A stretch of 64,000 nucleotides of DNA from Verrucomicrobiota bacterium. Its GTDB lineage: Bacteria > Verrucomicrobiota > Verrucomicrobiia > Limisphaerales > CANJXF01. Below, one piece after another: positions 36,818 through 44,700 of this stretch (within the stretch, counting starts at the first letter, position 1; every line of letters begins with the position of its first letter). The stretch lies in NCBI GenBank assembly GCA_038214755.1, contig JBBQRQ010000008.1:1-64000 (forward strand), written 5' to 3'. A program made the translations under genes and the position numbers. The notes under the pieces were generated by a model that saw only the letters and a list, made by a program, of their open reading frames with translations, was not told the origin of the DNA and did no database searches.

Positions 36818-39800
36818 TTATCCCTTCAACTTCACGATCAAATCCTTGCTCTCCACCGTGTCGCCGACTTGCGCGAAAATTTTGTCCACCGTCCCGTCCG
36901 CTGACGCGTAAATTGTCGTCTGCATTTTCATCGCTTCCATCGTGAGCAGCTTGTCGCCTTTCGCCACTTTCGCTCCAACGGTGGCGTTGACTGTTGTAAT
37001 CAAACCGGGAATCGGCGCGCCGATTTGCAATGGGTCGGCGGGATCGGCTTTGAGACGCGGCTTGGTTTTTGGCTGGACAGAACGATCTTGAATTGCCGTT
37101 TCGCGCGACATGCCGTTTAATTCAAAGGTGACAATTCTGCGCCCGTCCTTGTCCACTTGTCCGATGTTGATGAGACGAATAAAAAGCGTTTTGCCTTCTT
37201 CGATGTCCACGGAAACTTCCTCGCCCGGTTTCAGTCCATAAAAAAAGGCGGGAGTCGGCAACACGCCCACATCGCTGAAATCGCGATTGAATTTTGTGAA
37301 CTCAGCAAAAACGTCGGGATACATCAAATGGCTGTAAAGATCGTCTGCGGTCGCTTCGCGTTTCAATTTCCCGGAAATTTCTTCGCGAACTTTTTTCAAA
37401 TTCAGCGGTTTCAAATTCGCGCCTGGCCTGGTCGTCATCGGCTTTTGATTTCCCAAAACGACTTGCTGCAATTTTTTCGGCCAGCCGCCAAGAGGTTGTC
37501 CGAGATTGCCCATGAGCATGTCGATGACGGACTCGGGAAATGGCGTGGCGCCCGGTTCCAAATTCAAAACATCCGCCGGCTTGATGCCGCGCGTGATCAA
37601 AAACATCGCCATGTCTCCGACGACTTTGCTGCTCGGCGTGACTTTGACAATGTCGCCGAAAAGTTGGTTTACCTCGGCGTAAGTGCGCGCTATTTCCGGC
37701 CAGCGATTTCCCAGACCCATGCTCGCCGCTTGCTCCTTGAGATTCGTGTATTGGCCGCCCGGCATTTCGTGCAGATAAACTTCCGCGCTGCCACTGCGCG
37801 GGGCGGTGTCGAACGGTTTGTAAAATTGCTGAACGTGCTCCCAGTAATCGGAAAATTCATCGAGCGTTTCCAAATTCAATTCGGTGTCGCGCGGAGTATT
37901 TTTCAGCGCGGCCACGAGCGAATTCAAATTCGGCTGGCTCGTTGAACCACTCATTGACGCAATCGCCAAATCCACCACATCCACATTCGCGTCGCTGGCG
38001 CGCAAAATTGCGGAGGCGTTGATCCCGCTTGAATCGTGCGTGTGAAAGTGAATGGGAATTCCGATTTCTTCTTTCAACGCTTTGACCAATTGAAAGGCGG
38101 CGTACGGCCGGCACAATCCGGCCATGTCTTTGATCGCGAGAAAATGCGCGCCCATCCGTTCGAGTTCCTTCGCGAGGTTCACATAATATTTCAGAGAATA
38201 TTTTGTGCGCTTCGGGTCGAGAATATCGCCGGTGTAACAAATGGCCGGTTCGCAAATCGCCCGCGTTTTCTGCACCGCCTCCATCGCGACTTTCAAATTC
38301 GGCGTGTAATTGAGCGAATCGAAAATCCGAAAAATATCGATGCCCGCTTCCGCGGAATGCTTTACAAAACCGGCGACGACATTGTCGGGATAATTGGAAT
38401 AGCCCACCGCATTCGAGCCACGAAAAAGCATTTGGAAACAGATGTTGGGAATGCGTTCGCGAAGTTGGCGGAGCCTTTTCCACGGGTCTTCGTGGAGAAA
38501 ACGCATCGCGGTATCGAAGGTCGCGCCGCCCCACATTTCCAAACTGAAAAGTTCCGGCGTGCGGCGAGCCACTGCGCCTGCAATCGCGAGCATGTCGTAG
38601 GAACGAACGCGCGTGGCGAGGAGCGATTGGTGCGCGTCACGAAACGTAGTGTCGGTGATGAGCAAACGTTTTTGTTTCAGCGTCCATTCGGCAAATTTTT
38701 TCGGGCCAAGTTCAATAAGGAGTTGGCGCGTGCCCTTCGTTGGAATTTGTTTGTGGTCGTAAGTAGGAGGAGTCGCTGGCGTCAGCGCCTTTTGCGGGAG
38801 GTAACCTTTGGCTTGCGGATTGCCGTTGATGATGACGTCGCCTAAAAAATTCAGAAGCTTGGTCGCGCGGTCGCGGCGCGGCTTGAACTTGAACAACTCC
38901 GGCGTGGTGTCGATGAGTGTAGTGGTCGCAAATCCATCGCGAAAAACTTTGTTGTGAATGACATTCTCAAGAAAGGGGATGTTCGTCTTGACTCCGCGAA
39001 TTCTGAATTCCCGCAAGACGCGATCCATGCGTTGCAGCGCCATGTGAAAATCCTGGCCGCTCGCCGTAATTTTCACGAGCAATGAATCGTAAAACGGCGT
39101 GATGACAGAACCGGCGTAACCCATGCCGCCGTCCAAACGAACACCAAAGCCGCCCGCTGATCGATAGGTCAAAATTTTTCCGTAATCGGGCGTGAATTTA
39201 TTTTCCGGATCTTCCGTGGTGACGCGGCATTGCACGGCGCAACCGTTGCGTGGAATTTTTTCCTGAGGCGGCAAATTAATTTCCGGCCCGTGCAAAGCGA
39301 ATCCTTGCGCGATCAAGATTTGCGCCCGCACCAAATCGATTCCCGTGATGACTTCGGTCACGGTGTGCTCGACCTGGATGCGTGGATTCATCTCGATGAA
39401 AAACCATTCCTTCGAGTCGAGGTTGTAGAGAAATTCAATCGTGCCCGCGTTGTCGTAACGAACTTCCTTCGCCATGCGCACCGCCGCGTCGCAAAGTTCA
39501 CCGCGCACTTTTTCGTCGAGAGCAATGGACGGAGCGATCTCGATCACTTTTTGGTGGCGGCGCTGCACGGAGCAATCGCGTTCGTGCAGATGCAAAACAT
39601 TTCCGTGTTTGTCGCCGAGGATTTGCACTTCGATGTGTTTGGCGCGCGGAATATATTTTTCCAAAAACACGGCGGAATTTCCGAAAGCGCGTTCGGCTTC
39701 ACTGCGCGCTTCGTCGAGGAGATTTTGCAAATCGCCCGCTTTGTGAACGACGCGCATCCCGCGTCCGCCGCCACCGAAAGCGGCTTTGATGATGAGTGGG

Positions 39801-40330
39801 AAACCAATTTCCTTCCCGATTTTCAGGGCGGTGTCGCGATTTTCAATCGGCTCTTCCGTCCCCGACAAAGTCGGCACGCCGATTTTTTTCGCGAGACCGC
39901 GCGCGGCCGTTTTGTCGCCCATCAATTCGAGCAGTTCAGGACGCGGGCCGACGAAAACGATTCCTGCCTTTTCGCAAGCACGAGCGAACTGCGCATTTTC
40001 CGCGAGAAAACCGTAGCCGGGATGAATGAGGTCGATTTCTTTTTCTTTGGCGAGCGAGACAATTCCGTCGATGTCGAGATACGCGCCGACCGGCCCTTTG
40101 CCCTGGCCAACGAGATAGGCTTCATCGGCTTTGAAACGGTGAATGGAGAGTCGATCTTCCTGCGCGTAAATGGCGACGGTGCGCAGACCGAGTTCGGTGG
40201 CCGCGCGAAAAATGCGGATGGAAATTTCACTGCGATTGGCGGCGAGCAGTTTTTTAAAAGGGCGGTTTGCTGAAGCTGGTTTTTGCTCTGGGGAAGTTTT
40301 GGTTTTGCTCACAGCTTTTTGCGCGGACAT
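36818..40330 (-). CDS. pyc: Pyruvate carboxylase
   Basis: Biotin carboxylase (ANRSEI, GGGGRGMR), carboxyltransferase (RDAHQS, HTHD) and EAMKM biotinyl domain. Confidence 0.97.
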   Translation of the reverse strand: MSAQKAVSKTKTSPEQKPASANRPFKKLLAANRSEISIRIFRAATELGLRTVAIYAQEDRLSIHRFKADEAYLVGQGKGPVGAYLDIDGIVSLAKEKEIDLIHPGYGFLAENAQFARACEKAGIVFVGPRPELLELMGDKTAARGLAKKIGVPTLSGTEEPIENRDTALKIGKEIGFPLIIKAAFGGGGRGMRVVHKAGDLQNLLDEARSEAERAFGNSAVFLEKYIPRAKHIEVQILGDKHGNVLHLHERDCSVQRRHQKVIEIAPSIALDEKVRGELCDAAVRMAKEVRYDNAGTIEFLYNLDSKEWFFIEMNPRIQVEHTVTEVITGIDLVRAQILIAQGFALHGPEINLPPQEKIPRNGCAVQCRVTTEDPENKFTPDYGKILTYRSAGGFGVRLDGGMGYAGSVITPFYDSLLVKITASGQDFHMALQRMDRVLREFRIRGVKTNIPFLENVIHNKVFRDGFATTTLIDTTPELFKFKPRRDRATKLLNFLGDVIINGNPQAKGYLPQKALTPATPPTYDHKQIPTKGTRQLLIELGPKKFAEWTLKQKRLLITDTTFRDAHQSLLATRVRSYDMLAIAGAVARRTPELFSLEMWGGATFDTAMRFLHEDPWKRLRQLRERIPNICFQMLFRGSNAVGYSNYPDNVVAGFVKHSAEAGIDIFRIFDSLNYTPNLKVAMEAVQKTRAICEPAICYTGDILDPKRTKYSLKYYVNLAKELERMGAHFLAIKDMAGLCRPYAAFQLVKALKEEIGIPIHFHTHDSSGINASAILRASDANVDVVDLAIASMSGSTSQPNLNSLVAALKNTPRDTELNLETLDEFSDYWEHVQQFYKPFDTAPRSGSAEVYLHEMPGGQYTNLKEQAASMGLGNRWPEIARTYAEVNQLFGDIVKVTPSSKVVGDMAMFLITRGIKPADVLNLEPGATPFPESVIDMLMGNLGQPLGGWPKKLQQVVLGNQKPMTTRPGANLKPLNLKKVREEISGKLKREATADDLYSHLMYPDVFAEFTKFNRDFSDVGVLPTPAFFYGLKPGEEVSVDIEEGKTLFIRLINIGQVDKDGRRIVTFELNGMSRETAIQDRSVQPKTKPRLKADPADPLQIGAPIPGLITTVNATVGAKVAKGDKLLTMEAMKMQTTIYASADGTVDKIFAQVGDTVESKDLIVKLKG

Positions 40331-40394
40331 AAAGTTCGCGTGTTTATACGGGCGAAAGCCGGGTTTGGCAAAATTTTTCCGGGAAAACTGCCGG

Positions 40395-40730
40395 TCAAGA
40401 CTGCGAGTCCGTTGAGTCTTCTGACACAGAGAAAAAGCGTCTCCAATCCTGAGCGGCGTGAAGAATCCGCACCACCATGATTGTCGCTTGAAACGGCTGA
40501 TAAAAAATCAAGCAATTGCGAAATTGCGGCACGACGATCCAACGGATTTTCGCATGACGAGGAGCAGCGTTGCGAATGCGATTCCCAATTCAGGATGTTG
40601 AGCGAGCAAATCGGCGCTATCGAGGATCACTTGACGGACGCGTTGGGCAGCTTCGAGGTTATCCGCGCGAATCTGGTTGGAGATATTTTCCAAGTCGTTC
40701 TGCGCTTTCGGGCTAAGTTTAGCACGACTC
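40395..40730 (-). pseudogene. Frameshifted ParE-family toxin, no antitoxin
   Basis: LSPKAQNDLENI..HPELG / RIRN..VPQFRNCLIFY..VVRILHAAQDW; frameshift near 40582. Confidence 0.8.
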
Positions 40731-40822
40731 GAATCTCTGTTAACGCGACGCATCCAATTTCAGAATGGAAATTTCACTGCGATTGGGCGCTAAAAAAATT
40801 TCCAACGCGCGCGCCCACCAAG

Positions 40823-40915
40823 GAGTGGGGCACACATCCTGTCTGCCATCTGGGCTTCCAGCCGCAGGATTCGCGGGCAAGATGCCCGCTCAGACAGGCT
40901 GGCAGCCTGCCCCAC
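40823..40915. repeat. REP-like palindrome (GTGGGGCA...TGCCCCAC)
   Basis: Degenerate inverted arms. Confidence 0.6.
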
Positions 40916-40945
40916 GGCCTCTTGATCGGATTGGTGGTGGTGTCA

Positions 40946-41087
40946 AGGGCGTGTTGCCCAAATCAGTAGGAGCGCGGACGTTCTTCGTCCGCGTGAATCG
41001 TGAGAGACGAAAGCACAAGGGTTTTGTCCGTTTTGAAGCTCGCGGACGAGAACGTCCGCGCTCCTTTTCATTTGGGCAACACGCCCT
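40946..41087. mobile_element. MITE-like element with 18-bp terminal inverted repeats enclosing a family C palindrome
   Basis: AGGGCGTGTTGCCCAAAT...ATTTGGGCAACACGCCCT; relative at 48782-48914. Confidence 0.65.
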
Positions 41088-41235
41088 CAAGATGCGCCCG
41101 GTCGATGATTAGCTCTCTGAAAATTTAGTGCGCCCGGCGTTGCTCAATCGTATAGGCGGATCGCGCGATAATTTGTTCCGCTTCCAAATTTTTACAGGCG
41201 ACCGCGACTCTGCTGTTGGGCGTCTTTTTTTATCG

Positions 41236-41448
41236 ATGCCCGTGGCGAGGCACGGTTCTCCACAAAAAAATTTGGTCGATTTTCGTTCGCAGATTCTTCC
41301 CATCATTTCCACAAAATGTTTTCACTGCCACGGGCCGGATGAGGCCGCGCGAAAAGCAAAACTGCGATTGGATATCCGCGACGAGGCGATCAAGGAACGC
41401 GAAGGCAAAATGTTCGCCATCAAACCAACGTCTGATTGGTCCTACTAA
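41236..41448 (+). pseudogene. Truncated planctomycete-type cytochrome c domain fragment
   Basis: VDFRSQILPIISTKCFHCHGPD..RKAKLRLD..AIKP then abrupt stop. Confidence 0.75.
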
Positions 41449-41629
41449 CGAAGCGCGGGTGGTAAGGGAGATACTGGGTTAGGAAATTGTCTGGGTTCAT
41501 TAGCTTTCTTACATTGCCAGCCATTGAAACAGCCTCGCCGATCTGACTCTCCTTCTTCGACGAAGCTGGAAGCTTCGTAACCTGCAGGCTGAAAGCCCGC
41601 GCGACGGTCAGAATTCTTTCTTCGTGGGG

Positions 41630-41672
41630 AAAAAAACAACCGAGGGATGGAGCAACTCCACTATCCCTCGGT
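41630..41672 (-). terminator. Rho-independent terminator of the giant repeat protein gene
   Basis: CCGAGGGAT..ATCCCTCGG hairpin with T run on minus strand. Confidence 0.75.
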
Positions 41673-41702
41673 CGGTAGTTCGTTTCCGGTGCGGCCGGCC
41701 AA

Positions 41703-44700
41703 TTATTGCTCTCCGCCTCCAGGGAAGGTAGCCGGTTCAAGGACGACCCGTCCGCTTTGGTTGGTGCCCAGGAAGTAACCGGAAGCATCGTTGGCTTTTT
41801 GCAGGACTGCGCCTTTGAAGGTGCTTGTTTTGAGTGTGCCCTTTTCCTTGAACGTTCCGGTGAACAGTCCAGAGGAGAGCGTAAAGCTCATGGTCACTGT
41901 GTTCGTGCTGTTATTCGTGATGTGACTGCTCGGACCCATTGTCACGGGGTTCGCAAATGCGTGAGGCAGATTTCCCCCGGTCACAGTAACTACACCGTTG
42001 GTAATACGGAGCACCTTGTTCGTGCCGACCGGCGCTACGTAGCGCGAGCCTATCGAGTCACTACCTACGTTGAAGCCGGCAGGGTAGAGTAACGTTGCCA
42101 TACGCGGGCGAATCCAATTGAGCATACCCGCGACGTCGCTGTTAGTGTGAGTCGTGTCGAAGGACATCCAACCGAGCAATGATCCCCGACCACTGTAGAG
42201 CGACGAGTAGAGCGGCCAATCGCCATTCTTCGAGATACTCGTGGTCTGCGGAGCGGCCGTCCCATCAGCCAGTGTTCCGCTGAAGGTGACCACGCCGCTT
42301 GAATTAACCACCACCGTGCCATATCCGTCCCCTTCCGGAGAGGTAGTGGCACCGGGTATACCCGGGATAATCAACGTATAACGTCCGGCTTGAGGCGCGG
42401 GGTTGGTCGCGTTAAAGACAGCGCGGTCACCGAGTAATGGCGCGGTCCAGGTAGCATTACTTACTACTCCGGTAATGCGGTCTGAGTCAGTCGGGTCAAG
42501 CATCCAGAATACGGTGACGGCATTGGTGCCAGTTCGAGGCACGGTATTAGTTGCTTTGCCTTCGGAGGAAAGCTTGCCGCTGGTGGGATAGTTCTTGCCG
42601 GTTGATTTCAAAGTTGCGGTATAGCCGCCGTTCGTGGCGAGAATCAAGCTGAAGAAACCAGAGCGGTCGTTTTGCACGTCGTCCGTGACTGCGAACAAGC
42701 CATTATAGGTTCCTTTGGCGAAGCGAACTGCATTCGTCGTCGGCGGCGGCGGATTGATCGTGCCGGAGCAACTGGCCGATGCGGCTACGCTGACGGAGTG
42801 GCATACACTTAAACCGCGAGCCGTGACGGTGCCTGCTGCGGGATTGACTCCCGCAGTGACGATATAGCTTCCGGTGAATTGCTGTGACTCACCGGGCGCG
42901 AGTTCAATTGGTCCGAGCACCGGCGTATTGGCAGCGGGCAGACTGCTGACGACAAACACATTGGTGAGAACCCCATCGCCAGAGTTGCTGACGGTGCCGC
43001 TGTAATTAAATGCCTGGCCCACGGCGATAGTGCCAGTCGGACAATTCTTGGTAACGGTGATGCGGGGATTGGTCTTCAACGGGCAAACGTCGGACACTTC
43101 GTCCGTGACCGTGACGCCGGAGCAACGGTCATCGCCCCGCGCAGCCACTGTACTCGGCACGTCGCAACAATCCGACGGAGCCGTAAAGGTAGCGGTAAAG
43201 TTGCTGGAGGCTCCTGGAGCCAGAGTGATGGGACCGAGGATAGGTGTGTTGGGGTTAGGAACACTGCTCACGACAAACACATTTACCAGAGTGCCATTTC
43301 CCGTATTTTTAACTGTGCCGGTGTAGGTGAAGACGCCGCCGAGCGGAGGTGGCGTCGCCGGGCAATTCTTGGTGACCTTAATCGACGGAGTATAAGTGAT
43401 TGGGCAAGTCGTCGTGGTACTGTTGGTTACCGCGACATCGCAGATGCTCACGCCGCGGGCGGTGACAGTGTCGGTTCCGCAGAAATCAACCGGCACGGTA
43501 TTGGAGCCGGTGTAACTGACCGTTTGACCCGGCGCCAAAGTGATGGGACCGAGCACGCGAGTGTTGTTGGTCGGTGTGCTATGGACGACGGTCACATTAG
43601 TTAGCGAGATGTCGCCGGTGTTTCTAACCGTGCCGCTAAATTGCAACACTTGTCCGGGACCGGTCGTATTCGTGGAGCACACTCTGGTTACGACTATGCC
43701 GGGCGAACTAAGTATCGGGCAAGTGCGGGTCGCGGCGGCGGCAACGACGACTCCGTTGCATGGATTGGCGCCAGTCGCTTTAACCGTGCTTGTATCGGTG
43801 CAACAATTGGTATGTGCCGTGTAACTGCCAGTAAAGTTCGCCGAAGCGCCTGGAGCCAGTGAAGCCACGCTGAAGACCACGGTATTGGTGTTGGGCCGAT
43901 CACTCACCACAACGACGTTGGTCAAAACCACGTTACCGGAATTACTAACAGTACCACTGTAAGTCAGGGTTCCACCAGGGGCCGTCGCTCCCGGCGGACA
44001 AGTCTGGCTCACGGTGATGCCGGGAGTACCAGCCACCGGGCAGGTTGACGAAGTCGAGTCGGCGACAGTGATTCCGCTGCAAGCGTCCCGTCCCGTAGCC
44101 GTGGTCGTGGAGGTGACCGAACATACTCCAGCGGGGGCGGTATAACTCCCGGTGAAGTTGGCGATGGCGTGCGGCGCAAGAGACGCCACGGTGAAGACGG
44201 GGGTAGCCCCTGTCCGATCATTGGTCACAACGATATTGGTCAAGGAAATGTTACCGGAGTTACTGACACTGCCGCTGTAGGAGAGAACGCCGCCGGGACT
44301 AGTCACGCTCGCCGGACAGTTCTGCCGGACAACGATGCCTGGAGCGGTTCCGAGCGGGCAGGTGGCGGAGGCGGTGTTTGAAACCACCAGCGAGGTGCAG
44401 GCCGAGGTGCCTCTTGCAACAACTGCGGCGCTGACGGAACAACCACTTAACGGCGCAGTGAAAGTGGCGGTGAAGTTAGTCGATGCCCCAGGCGCAAGAC
44501 TGGCCAGGGTAAGAACCGTTGTGGGAGAAGGCTGGCTGCTCGCAACGGTTACGTTATTCAAGGTAACATCGCCCGGATTGCTTACGGTGCCCGTGTAGGT
44601 GACCGGACCTCCCGGCGAAGCTGGCGCAACCGGACAAGCCAGGCTGACCGCAATGACCGGAGTCGTCGCAATCGGGCAGGTGGTTGAATTAACATTGGTG

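Noticed and set aside
32814..36906. Classical attL/attR genomic island
   Set aside because: No integrase or tRNA; the repeats are long and synonymously diverged rather than short identical cores. A trans-acting enzyme elsewhere cannot be excluded.
39230..40273. Long ORFs overlapping known genes (also 52590..53486, 19265..20113, 8074..8859, 1002..1907)
   Set aside because: Antisense or alternate-frame shadows of well-supported genes, with no recognisable motifs.
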